Shown one piece after another: positions 22,189-31,471 of a stretch of 64,000 nucleotides of DNA. The position numbers and the translations under genes are program-made. The first letter of the stretch is position 1, and every line of letters starts with the position of its first letter. Origin of the DNA: a virus (lineage: Duplodnaviria > Heunggongvirae > Uroviricota > Caudoviricetes). The stretch lies in IMG/VR virus record IMGVR_UViG_3300028364_000020, positions 41,510-105,509 of that record. One strand, 5' to 3'. Under the pieces are notes generated by a model, which saw nothing but the letters and a program-made list of their open reading frames with translations, was not told the origin of the DNA and did no database searches.

Positions 22189-22884
22189 ATGGAAAATAAT
22201 AAGATAAAAAAAGTAATTCATTTAGCAGATATTCATCTTAGAACATATAGAATGCATGATGAATATAAAGAAGTGTTTCAAACACTTTTAGTTGACTTAA
22301 ACCAACTACTAAATAGCTATGTTAGAGAAGAAATTAGAATTGTAATTGCTGGAGACCTTGTTCACCAGAAGATTGTCATTTCCAACGAACAGTTAATGAT
22401 AGGTACTTGGTTCTTAAGAGAATTAGAAAAAATAGCCCCATTAATTATTATTGCTGGAAACCATGATTTATTAGAGAACAATAAAGATAGAATGGATAGC
22501 ATCTCGCCAATGGTTCAATTTTTGCCAGATAAAGAAATAAGTTTTTTTAAAGAAACAAAAGCTTATTTAGATAACAATATCGTTTGGTGTGTTTACTCTA
22601 TTTTTGAGGGTAATACTAGACCAAACATTGAGGCTGCTAGATTGGAATTTGGTGATGATAAAACATATATTGGTTTGTACCATGCAGCAGTAATGAATGC
22701 TAAAACGGATATAGGTTATGAAATAAATCATGGGGCCAGTTTATCTATCTTTGAAGGATGTGATTTGGTGATGTTAGGTGATATACATAAAAGAAATTTA
22801 TTTTTACATCAAGAAACATTAGAAATTTATGAAGATGATTTAAGTAAATATATGGAAATGGGTTGGGAAATTGATAACGATTAA
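22189..22884 (+). CDS. sbcD: SbcD/Mre11-like nuclease (gp47-like), N-terminal part
   Basis: Calcineurin-like phosphoesterase motifs are present: ADIHL (I), GDLVH (II), AGNHD (III) and GDIH (V). The ORF stops prematurely at 231 aa. Confidence 0.75.
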   Translation: MENNKIKKVIHLADIHLRTYRMHDEYKEVFQTLLVDLNQLLNSYVREEIRIVIAGDLVHQKIVISNEQLMIGTWFLRELEKIAPLIIIAGNHDLLENNKDRMDSISPMVQFLPDKEISFFKETKAYLDNNIVWCVYSIFEGNTRPNIEAARLEFGDDKTYIGLYHAAVMNAKTDIGYEINHGASLSIFEGCDLVMLGDIHKRNLFLHQETLEIYEDDLSKYMEMGWEIDND

Positions 22885-23119
22885 AAATATGGAAAAGAAA
22901 AAAATAAAAATTAAGAAAATAATCCCAATATGTTATAGTGGTTCTTTAATTCAGCAAAATTTTGGTGAAAAAATTTCCAATCATGGTTTTTTGTTATGGG
23001 ATGTACAAACAAAAACATTTACAGAACATGAAGTCGCAAACAATTCACCTTATTATCAATTTAAAATCACGTCTTCTGATGACATAGAAAACGGATTAGA
23101 AAAAATAACAAACTTATAA
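22871..23119 (+). pseudogene. sbcD: SbcD C-terminal continuation in the +1 frame (frameshift or split gene)
   Basis: The +1 frame encodes IIPICYSGSLIQQNFGE, which matches the conserved YPGS region that follows motif V in SbcD/Mre11. A frame change is therefore implied near 22840-22900. Confidence 0.5.
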
Positions 23120-23343
23120 TGAAACTAATAGAATTTAAACAATATTTAAACACGTTAAGTGACGAATACGATGAGTTACTTGTGGTTAACGGTGAATTTG
23201 GTATGGATAAAGATGGTAACACCTTTGTAATGAAAAACCATGAAGTTATGACGGTATACGTTGATATAAATAATTCGGAAATACAATTACTTCACCAAAC
23301 AGAAAAAGATGTTAAAGATATTTTATTTGATATAAATGATTAA
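23119..23343 (+). CDS. hypothetical small protein
   Basis: 74-aa ORF between sbcD and sbcC. Confidence 0.35.
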   Translation: MKLIEFKQYLNTLSDEYDELLVVNGEFGMDKDGNTFVMKNHEVMTVYVDINNSEIQLLHQTEKDVKDILFDIND

Positions 23344-23677
23344 TAATATAACGATTCCAGAAAAATTAAACGCTGATATTTGGGAGTTTTGTCGAGCAAA
23401 TAATATAACAAATATAGAAGCTTTTATTAACAAAATTTTACAACAAGGTTTCACTGCTGAAAAATTTGGTTCCGTACCAATGTTTAAAGATAATAACTTA
23501 GATAAAAAAATAGAAGTTAAAGAAGAAATAGTTAAACCTAACGACAAAGAAAATAAAACGTTAAATAAGACAATTAATTCCTTAGAAAAAGAATTAAAAG
23601 AAACACTTGAAAAATTAGAAAATGTTAAAATTGAATTAGTAAAAGAAAAAAATAAAAAAGATATATATGGTGAATAA
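23336..23677 (+). CDS. hypothetical protein with a charged coiled-coil C-terminus
   Basis: 113-aa ORF with a K/E-rich C-terminus. Confidence 0.35.
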   Translation: MINNITIPEKLNADIWEFCRANNITNIEAFINKILQQGFTAEKFGSVPMFKDNNLDKKIEVKEEIVKPNDKENKTLNKTINSLEKELKETLEKLENVKIELVKEKNKKDIYGE

Positions 23678-26468
23678 TTTAATTTCTCCTTCTTCTAAAA
23701 TTAAAGTGTACTGGGATGACCAACCACACAATTACAGTAAAGAAGCTAAGATAAAAATAAGAAATTCAATTGCGAATAAATATGGTGTTAATAAAAACAA
23801 CATAACTATCATTTATCGACCTATTAAGATAAATGAAAATGGTGAAGTTATTGAAATAACTGGTGCTGGTATTGACAATATCATGGACATCAACTATCAA
23901 AGGTCACTAATGTTAGAATTGGTAACTAGAGATGGTAAAACTATTGATTTTAAACGCATATTAGCATTAGATGATAAAGTTAATGGTGAATTAAATTTAG
24001 ATTTAAATTCTACAAGTCAAAAAAGTTGGTCTATTAAATGGTTAATGATTGATAACTTTTTATCTTTTGGTGATGAAAATTTTATTCAATTCAGCAAACT
24101 AAATGGTTTAACTATTGTAAATTCAATTCCAGAAAATCAAGGTGGTAAGTGTTTGCGAGAAAATACTGACATAACGATAAGATATGATAAAGATGAAATA
24201 ATAAAAAAATTAGGTTTTTTACCAGATGAATTAAACGAAGAAATAACGATAGGTGAATTAAACGCTATTTATGAAAAATATGGAGATTTAGGGTTTAAGG
24301 TAGATACACCTTATGGTTTTAAAGATATTACTTGGTGTGGTATAACAGAAGAAAATGCTGATGTATATAGATGTGAACTTGAGGATGGAAAGTATGTAGA
24401 GGGTGCTGATTACCATAGGTTAAAAAAAGAAGATGGGGATTTTGTTGTTTTAAAAGAAATAGAAATTGGAACACCGATACAAACTATTGATGGGTTAAGT
24501 AAAGTTAAATCGATAGAATTAATGGATTTTAAAGATACCCTTTATGACATTCAAGTAGCTGAGGTACATCAGTATTATAGTAATGGTATTGTTTCACATA
24601 ACACAACTTTGACAATAGATGCAATAAAGTTTTTATTACACGGTAATACAACTAAAACAGATACTAATGAGCAAATATTTAATTCGTTCAGTGGTAAAAA
24701 TGAATTTACTGTTAGGGGTATGGTTGAAATAGATAGCGATGAAGTAATTATTGAAAGAAAACTAAAACGTAATGCTAAAAAAGGTGGTGGTTGGACAATA
24801 ACTAACAAAGTTAAATATTATAAATTACTACCAGATGGTGAAGAAGAAGAATTAAACGAAGAAAATGCTATTCAGACAAATAAAAAGATAAGGGAATCTA
24901 TTGGTTCTGAAAAAGACTTTGAAATGTTAGTTTTAGCTACAGAAAAAAATTTAGAGGACCTTATAGGACTTACAACTACTGAATCTGGTAAATTGTTAAC
25001 TAGACTTATTGGTTTAGAAGTATTAGAACATAAAGAAAAAGTTGTTAGAGAAATGTACAATCTTTTTTCTAAGAAAAAAAAGTCTAATGATTTTGACGTT
25101 GTTACTTTAACCACGGACATTGAAGACACTAATCTAAAGTTAATAGAATTAGAGAAATTAAATGTTGAGTTGTCAAATAAACTAACTGACACAAAGTTAA
25201 ATATAGAAAATAGTGTGAAAAAAGTTGAAAGTCACATTAATAATAAAGAAAAGATTGATGTTACGATAACTAATATGAATCCAGAATCTTTGGAAGCCGA
25301 CATTAAAATAATTACAGAAAAGGGAAAACTTCTAAATTTTACCATCTCTAACTTAAAAGAAAACTTAACGAATGTTGGTACTATTATTTACGATGAAGAC
25401 GAACATATTGAAGTAAACAAAAAATATAATGAATTAATAACTCAAAAAGTACTTACTACTTCCGATATTACACGCATTCGAAAAGTTGTTAGTAATTTAA
25501 TTAGTAGTGGTATCTGTCAAACTTGTGAGAGAAAATTAGATGACATTGACAACACAGCACACATCAACAAACATGAAATAGAACTAAATCTGTTAATATC
25601 TAAACTATCTAAAATAGAAAAAGAAGTTTATAACACAAATTTATCTTTATTGGCGTTTAATGATATTAAAAAAAGTGTTGATGATAAAAATAAATTAGAA
25701 TTAACAATAGATAGATATAGTGTTGATTTGGGAGCATTGCGTAATGATGTTGTGTCTAAAATGAATGACTTTAAGAAGTATAACATGAATTTAGACGCTA
25801 TCAGTTTAAACAAAAAATTAGATATCGAGATAAGTTACATCAAGACCGAATTAATCGTTCTGGAACGCTCAAAAGATGATACAATGAATAGTATTCAAAG
25901 AATATCCATTGATACAAAATCAGCTGCTGAGTCAATAATCATTAAAACCGATTTGATTGAAGTAATTAAGAAAGAAGAGGAAGTAGAAAAAATATTTAAA
26001 TTTTACATTGAACTAGTTGGTAAAAAAGGTATTAGCAAATTAGTCTTACGTTCTGTTTTACCTATTATTAACTCTGAAGTTCAAAGATTATTAGAGGATA
26101 TCGTAGATTTTGAGGTCGAGATTTTCATTAATGATAAAAACGATGTTCAGTTTCTAATAGTAAAAGATGAGGTATCTAATTTATTGAAATCTGGGTCTGG
26201 TTTAGAAAAAACGATAGCTAGTCTTGCACTTAGAGCTGTTTTGGGTAAAATTTCTTCCCTTCCAATGCCAAACTTTATTACCTTTGATGAAGTATTAGGT
26301 AAAATAGCCCCAGTAAATTTAGAAAAGTTAAGATTGTTATTTGATAAAATTAAAGACATGTATGATATTGTATTTTTTATTACTCACAACGACTTGGTCA
26401 AAGATTGGACAAAAAACATTATCACTGTAATTAAAAAAGATAATATCTCTAGTATTAATATAAAATAA
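23667..26468 (+). CDS. sbcC: SbcC/Rad50-like ATPase (gp46-like) containing a mini-intein in the P-loop
   Basis: The N-terminal Walker A is interrupted (...ENQGGK|C...HN|TTL...). There is a long central coiled coil. The C-terminal part carries an ABC signature (SGSGLE), a Walker B (ITFDEVLG) and an H-loop (FFITHN). Confidence 0.8.
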   Translation: MVNNLISPSSKIKVYWDDQPHNYSKEAKIKIRNSIANKYGVNKNNITIIYRPIKINENGEVIEITGAGIDNIMDINYQRSLMLELVTRDGKTIDFKRILALDDKVNGELNLDLNSTSQKSWSIKWLMIDNFLSFGDENFIQFSKLNGLTIVNSIPENQGGKCLRENTDITIRYDKDEIIKKLGFLPDELNEEITIGELNAIYEKYGDLGFKVDTPYGFKDITWCGITEENADVYRCELEDGKYVEGADYHRLKKEDGDFVVLKEIEIGTPIQTIDGLSKVKSIELMDFKDTLYDIQVAEVHQYYSNGIVSHNTTLTIDAIKFLLHGNTTKTDTNEQIFNSFSGKNEFTVRGMVEIDSDEVIIERKLKRNAKKGGGWTITNKVKYYKLLPDGEEEELNEENAIQTNKKIRESIGSEKDFEMLVLATEKNLEDLIGLTTTESGKLLTRLIGLEVLEHKEKVVREMYNLFSKKKKSNDFDVVTLTTDIEDTNLKLIELEKLNVELSNKLTDTKLNIENSVKKVESHINNKEKIDVTITNMNPESLEADIKIITEKGKLLNFTISNLKENLTNVGTIIYDEDEHIEVNKKYNELITQKVLTTSDITRIRKVVSNLISSGICQTCERKLDDIDNTAHINKHEIELNLLISKLSKIEKEVYNTNLSLLAFNDIKKSVDDKNKLELTIDRYSVDLGALRNDVVSKMNDFKKYNMNLDAISLNKKLDIEISYIKTELIVLERSKDDTMNSIQRISIDTKSAAESIIIKTDLIEVIKKEEEVEKIFKFYIELVGKKGISKLVLRSVLPIINSEVQRLLEDIVDFEVEIFINDKNDVQFLIVKDEVSNLLKSGSGLEKTIASLALRAVLGKISSLPMPNFITFDEVLGKIAPVNLEKLRLLFDKIKDMYDIVFFITHNDLVKDWTKNIITVIKKDNISSINIK
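24150..24602 (+). mobile_element. mini-intein (151 aa) inserted after the Walker A lysine of SbcC
   Basis: It starts with Cys (CLRENTDITI, block A). It ends with block G (NGIVSHN) and is followed by Thr as the +1 residue. The splice product would restore a GK-TT(L) P-loop. There is no homing-endonuclease domain because the element is too short. Confidence 0.7.
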
Positions 26469-26475
26469 AAAAAAA

Positions 26476-26964
26476 ATGAACTTTAAAAATTATTGTATTG
26501 TAATAATGGGTGAAACAGAAAATGCTGTTAGTGAAATAGAAAAAGTAAGCGAAACAAAACCAAACATATTAAACGCAAAAGGAATAATTATAGCCACAAT
26601 AACAACTTTTGTTGATGTGAAAGAATTAACGGCTTGGTTTACATTAAACAATAGAAGTTTTTTAGTCTTTGATTTAAACCCAGAAAATTCTGGTGTTTTT
26701 ATCACTAATAAAAAAGTCTATGATGGGTTATTTGGTTTTATTAGTAAACAAACCAACAATAATGACTTAATTAACAAAACAAATGATTTACTAAGTGAAA
26801 TAAATGATAAAAACAATAAAATAATAGAAATACAAGACATAGAGGGTGATATTAGTGTAATGTCAGAAAAAGAAAAAGAAAATATGTTAAATGAAATCAT
26901 GGATAAAGGAGTAGTAAACATGACAGATTATGATAAAAAAATAATGATGTATTTAAGTAAATAA
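26476..26964 (+). CDS. hypothetical protein
   Basis: 162-aa ORF. Confidence 0.4.
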   Translation: MNFKNYCIVIMGETENAVSEIEKVSETKPNILNAKGIIIATITTFVDVKELTAWFTLNNRSFLVFDLNPENSGVFITNKKVYDGLFGFISKQTNNNDLINKTNDLLSEINDKNNKIIEIQDIEGDISVMSEKEKENMLNEIMDKGVVNMTDYDKKIMMYLSK

Positions 26965-27046
26965 TATATAACCCATTTACTTTAAAGTATTTATAGTTAT
27001 ATTTATATGTAAAATATAATAAAAAAAAATTAACAAATAATTATTA

Positions 27047-27874
27047 ATGAATAAGAGATTTTTGAATTTTGATATTGAGGACAGTATATCAAAATATTTT
27101 AAAGAAGTTAAAAAAACAAATATTTTAACACAAGAAAAAGAAATTGAGTTGGCTATTAGAATTAGAAATGGTGATAATAAAGCAGTAGATGAATTAGTTA
27201 GTTCTAATTTGAAATTTGTTATATCTGTCGCAAAAGACTATCAAAATCAAGGTTTGGACCTACAAGATTTAATCAACGAGGGAAATTATGGTTTAATAAA
27301 AGCAGCACATAGATTTGACCACGATAAGGGTTTTAGATTTATTTCGTATGCTGTTTGGTGGGTTAAACAATCAATAATTAAAAGTTTAAACGACAATGCT
27401 AGAGTTGTTAGATTACCAACAAATGTTATAAATAAAATAAACAAATTAAATAAAGAAATATCTAAATTTGAGAATACGAACGAGAGAGAACCAATTTACC
27501 AAGAAATGCTGAGTGATGGGACCCTAATGGATAAAATGGTGTTCTTCCCAAAAGCAAGTTCTCTAAACCAAGTAATAAACGAAGATGGTGATGAGTTAAT
27601 TGAACTTATTCAAATAGAAGACGAAGAAGATGATTTAGAAATTAAAGATGATGTAAGAAACGAATTAAAAAAAACGTTGCTTATCTTAGATGAAAGAGAA
27701 AGAATTATAATTCAATCTTATTTTGGTATCAATTTAAATGAAGAAGAAATGACATTAGAAAAAATAGGTGAAACATACGATTTAACTAAAGAACGAATTC
27801 GTCAAATAAAAGAAAAAGCGATTAGGAAATTAAGATTTAACTCAAGTAGTTTACAACTATTAATTAAAAAGTAA
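27047..27874 (+). CDS. sigma-70 family RNA polymerase sigma factor
   Basis: Region 2 is present (DLINEGNYGLIKAAHRFDHDKGFRFISYAVWWVKQSI). Region 4 HTH is present (TLEKIGETYDLTKERIRQIKEKAIRKL). Confidence 0.85.
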   Translation: MNKRFLNFDIEDSISKYFKEVKKTNILTQEKEIELAIRIRNGDNKAVDELVSSNLKFVISVAKDYQNQGLDLQDLINEGNYGLIKAAHRFDHDKGFRFISYAVWWVKQSIIKSLNDNARVVRLPTNVINKINKLNKEISKFENTNEREPIYQEMLSDGTLMDKMVFFPKASSLNQVINEDGDELIELIQIEDEEDDLEIKDDVRNELKKTLLILDERERIIIQSYFGINLNEEEMTLEKIGETYDLTKERIRQIKEKAIRKLRFNSSSLQLLIKK

Positions 27875-27881
27875 AAAAAAA

Positions 27882-28931
27882 ATGAAAATCAAATTTAAAT
27901 ACATAACATTAATTTTAGCACTATCAGTTGCTGGTTGTGCGGCTTATTTTTCGGTTTGGGGATTAAGTCAGCTATTCGCTGGTGCTAGTACGGCAGTCAT
28001 AATAATGGCGACTGTACTAGAGGTAGGTAAAATAGCTACAACGACTGCTTTACATACTTATTGGGGTAAATTATCTAAAGGTTTAAGGATTTATTTAACA
28101 CTAAGTGTTGGTATTTTAATGTTAATAACATCAGCTGGTATTTATGGTTTTTTATCAAATGCTTATCAAATGACAGCAAATAAATTAGAAATACAAGATG
28201 CAGAACTAAGTATTTTAAGTGATAAAAAAGAAGTCTTCGATAAAAAAGTTTTAAGTAATCAAATAATAATTGATAACAAAACAATACGCATTAATCAATT
28301 ATCAAGCCTTAGATTAACACAAGAAACTAGACTCGATAATAACAAGTCAAATAGAGCCAAGAGTAATGCTCGTGGTGATATCACAATCGCTAATACTGAA
28401 ATACAAAAACTAACAAACGAAATTGATGAGTTGAATATCAAAAACGGTGTTTTATCAGACTCAATAAGTTCCTATGCTGTTAAATCGTTAGAATTGAACT
28501 CTAATAGTGAAATTTCTGGTGAAGTTGGTCCATTAAAATATATCGCTGAATTGTCTGGTATGTCCATGGCAAATATAGTTAATTATATGATTCTTTTGAT
28601 TATTTTTGTTTTTGACCCATTGGCTGTTGCGTTAGTTATAATGACCAATAAAATCTTTATGATAGAATCTGAATTATACTTAGAAAGAAATTATAACATA
28701 TCTACACCCAACTTAAATAAAGAATCACTAACAAATTCCGTTGAGGGGGGTAGTTCAGATATTAGGAAGAAAATAGAACTACAAGATATCAAAGAGATAA
28801 GAGAAAGTAATCGAGGTTTTTCCGTTAACATCCCAAAACCAGCAAATTCAGTAGAACGAATTGGTTCAAATAAAATCCTAAAAGATGGAGATAATAACAA
28901 AGTTTATTATAATCGTGGATATGAAGATTGA
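27882..28931 (+). CDS. membrane protein with N-terminal TM helices and a coiled-coil region
   Basis: The N-terminus is hydrophobic (LILALSVAGCAAYFSVWGL...). It has a second TM segment and a central coiled coil. Confidence 0.45.
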   Translation: MKIKFKYITLILALSVAGCAAYFSVWGLSQLFAGASTAVIIMATVLEVGKIATTTALHTYWGKLSKGLRIYLTLSVGILMLITSAGIYGFLSNAYQMTANKLEIQDAELSILSDKKEVFDKKVLSNQIIIDNKTIRINQLSSLRLTQETRLDNNKSNRAKSNARGDITIANTEIQKLTNEIDELNIKNGVLSDSISSYAVKSLELNSNSEISGEVGPLKYIAELSGMSMANIVNYMILLIIFVFDPLAVALVIMTNKIFMIESELYLERNYNISTPNLNKESLTNSVEGGSSDIRKKIELQDIKEIRESNRGFSVNIPKPANSVERIGSNKILKDGDNNKVYYNRGYED

Positions 28932-29538
28932 AGAAAATAAATATTTACTGTCAGATAGAAATTTTGTTCAAAATGAGACAGAAAAAAAACAAATAATTTT
29001 ATCTAATTCGTTTAATCACGATATGCGACATGTTATTGGTTGGTCTAATAGATTGAATGGGGAATACACTAAAACAGCTGCATTTACAATAGACGTTGCT
29101 GGTGTTATACACAAACACTTTAACCCTATCTATTATTCAAATTATTTAGATAATCAAACACTAGACAAAAAATCCATAGTTATTTTAATCGAAAATGATG
29201 GGTGGTTACATCTTAACGAAAAAAATAAATTCGTTAATTGGTTTGGAGATATTTATAAACATCAGACCAAAGTATTTACCAAAAAATGGCGTAATAAAGA
29301 ATACTGGTCTATTTATAATAAAAAACAATTAAAAAGTGCTATTGAACTAACTAAAAAATTGTGCTTAGATTTTAACATTCCTTTTAATGTTATGGAACAT
29401 AACGTAAAAGTTAATTTTATTGAAGAGTTTAATGGGGTTTGTTACAAAGGGAATTTAGGGAAACATTATATTGATTTAAACCCATCGTGGGATTATCAAG
29501 AATTTAAAAAAAACGTAGAAGATGAAAGACAGAATTAA
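28885..29538 (+). CDS. hypothetical protein
   Basis: 217-aa ORF with no confident motif. Confidence 0.35.
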   Translation: MEIITKFIIIVDMKIEENKYLLSDRNFVQNETEKKQIILSNSFNHDMRHVIGWSNRLNGEYTKTAAFTIDVAGVIHKHFNPIYYSNYLDNQTLDKKSIVILIENDGWLHLNEKNKFVNWFGDIYKHQTKVFTKKWRNKEYWSIYNKKQLKSAIELTKKLCLDFNIPFNVMEHNVKVNFIEEFNGVCYKGNLGKHYIDLNPSWDYQEFKKNVEDERQN

Positions 29539-29968
29539 TGAATACGACATGACAAAGAAAATGACTGAAATGATTAGAAGCGGTTATAAGAAAGCTTTGT
29601 TTGAGGATGATTCAATGAGAAAAGAAAAAGACACTGTAACCCCAGTGATAGGTGATGCAGTATTCAATGATGAACTACAAAAATTAAGAGATACTGTTAG
29701 CCCTAGAATAAAGATTACTAAATTTAAGATTTATCCAATAGATGAAAATGTGATTATTGAGGGGGTGATGGAATACAAAGAAAATGAAGGGTCTGGTATT
29801 ATTTTTAAAATGTCTCTAGCTGCTGGTGAAATTGAAACCACTATGAATGATGTCGAACTGAATGATAACGTTAGTACATTATTAAAAAAATTAAAAGGTT
29901 ATTACGAAAACTTTAGAATCGAATGGGGTAAAAAATTACCTACTGAATATAGACCTAAAACAGAATAA
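29522..29968 (+). CDS. hypothetical protein
   Basis: 148-aa ORF. Confidence 0.35.
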   Translation: MKDRINEYDMTKKMTEMIRSGYKKALFEDDSMRKEKDTVTPVIGDAVFNDELQKLRDTVSPRIKITKFKIYPIDENVIIEGVMEYKENEGSGIIFKMSLAAGEIETTMNDVELNDNVSTLLKKLKGYYENFRIEWGKKLPTEYRPKTE

Positions 29969-29973
29969 AATAG

Positions 29974-30330
29974 ATGAAGATAAAAAACAAAAACGAATAT
30001 ATTTTTATTGCAATTATCATATTATTAATTGGTGTTATATTTTATCTAAGTCAAAAACCAAATAAAATAATGAGAAGTTCTGGTTTAAACACTATAAATA
30101 ATAATTTACGTGTTGAAAACGATAGTTTAAAAATTGAGTATAAAAAAATTGATTCTTTAATTTTAGGAATACGGAAACAAAGAATTTTAAAAGATTTAGA
30201 ACTTAAAGATAACGAAAAATTAATTAATAAATTAAAAAATAAAAAAAATGAAACAAATTATTATGTTAATAGCTTGTCTGCTAACGATGTTGCAGATGAC
30301 TTCTCAAAATACCTTGAAGAAAGAAAATAG
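29974..30330 (+). CDS. hypothetical membrane-anchored protein
   Basis: N-terminal TM segment (YIFIAIIILLIGVIFYL). Confidence 0.35.
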   Translation: MKIKNKNEYIFIAIIILLIGVIFYLSQKPNKIMRSSGLNTINNNLRVENDSLKIEYKKIDSLILGIRKQRILKDLELKDNEKLINKLKNKKNETNYYVNSLSANDVADDFSKYLEERK

Positions 30331-30718
30331 GGTAACCACGATTATAACCAAACAAGGCGACACTCTAATTCAATTTAAACTTTCAGATGCTAAACTTATT
30401 TTATCTGATGTATTAAATAAAAAAGTGTCAGATAGTTTAGTTGAGGTATTAATTGATAGAGATATAATGAATAGAGGTGTAGTTGAATTACAATTAAGTG
30501 AAATAAACGCATTGGTGAAAAAAAATAATAAAAAAGCTGTAGAAATATCCAACAATGAAAAAATGTTAGTCAACTACCAAATAATAACAAAAGAACTTGA
30601 AGTAGAAATAATAGGTTATAAAAAAGAGGTCAAAAAACAATCATCTCTAAAGGTGTTAGGTTTTTCAGCAGCAATTTTATTACCAATAATAGTAGCAATC
30701 TCATTTTTAATACCATGA
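30248..30718 (+). CDS. hypothetical protein with a signal/TM N-terminus and a C-terminal TM
   Basis: Hydrophobic N-terminus and C-terminus. It overlaps the previous ORF in another frame. Confidence 0.3.
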   Translation: MKQIIMLIACLLTMLQMTSQNTLKKENRVTTIITKQGDTLIQFKLSDAKLILSDVLNKKVSDSLVEVLIDRDIMNRGVVELQLSEINALVKKNNKKAVEISNNEKMLVNYQIITKELEVEIIGYKKEVKKQSSLKVLGFSAAILLPIIVAISFLIP

Positions 30719-31164
30719 TAAGAGAATACATTAGAAGAAACGTTAATAAGGTAATAAAACCTAAAAATAAGAGTAAAAATGCGTCCTCAATTGGTTCAGA
30801 TATATTTCTTAAAAAACATTTAACATTAGAATTTCCAGAAGAATTAGGTTTAAAACCAGAGTTCGTCTCAAACATATATCTACCTACCATTACGACAAAA
30901 AACTATATGAGTTCACCTGAAATAGGTTATTTATCTTTTAATATCTTAATAGATGGTAAAAGCCCTATATTTGACATCATAATGGAAAATTTAATAACTA
31001 ATAAATTTAAAAAATTTGACATCTATGCAATCTTTAAATCTAAAGATTTAGTTATTAATAGAAAAATAAAATATAGTGGTTGTAGTTTCGTTTCGTTAAA
31101 CCATTTACCCACAAAAAAACTTAAATATAAATTGGTTATTAACGTAGAACATTTAACCTTATAA
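30715..31164 (+). CDS. hypothetical protein
   Basis: 149-aa ORF followed by a strong terminator hairpin. Confidence 0.35.
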   Translation: MIREYIRRNVNKVIKPKNKSKNASSIGSDIFLKKHLTLEFPEELGLKPEFVSNIYLPTITTKNYMSSPEIGYLSFNILIDGKSPIFDIIMENLITNKFKKFDIYAIFKSKDLVINRKIKYSGCSFVSLNHLPTKKLKYKLVINVEHLTL

Positions 31165-31174
31165 ACAATAAATA

Positions 31175-31199
31175 AAAAACCCTAATATAGGGTTTTTTT
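31175..31199 (+). terminator. rho-independent terminator hairpin
   Basis: The sequence aaaaaccctaatatagggttttttta is a perfect stem followed by a T-run. Confidence 0.7.
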
Positions 31200-31230
31200 A
31201 TTATTTATTACTATTTATATTTAAATAACA

Positions 31231-31470
31231 GTGGATAAAACAAAAAACAACAGTAGTACAGTAAATACTTCTAAAGAGATTAAGATTTATATGGATTCTG
31301 ATGCATTTAAACTTAAAATAGAAAAAATAGTAAAAGACAGAATCAAAAACGAAAAAGAACTTGAGGACAAAGTGGTTGAAATAACCAAAAATGTTTTAAC
31401 TCAATTATTTAAAGCTCTTTGGGTTAAAAAAAGTTTTTGGCGAGATAATTTAAATAACAAACAAAATTAA
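31231..31470 (+). CDS. hypothetical small protein
   Basis: 79-aa K/E-rich ORF. Confidence 0.35.
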   Translation: MDKTKNNSSTVNTSKEIKIYMDSDAFKLKIEKIVKDRIKNEKELEDKVVEITKNVLTQLFKALWVKKSFWRDNLNNKQN

Positions 31471-31471
31471 A

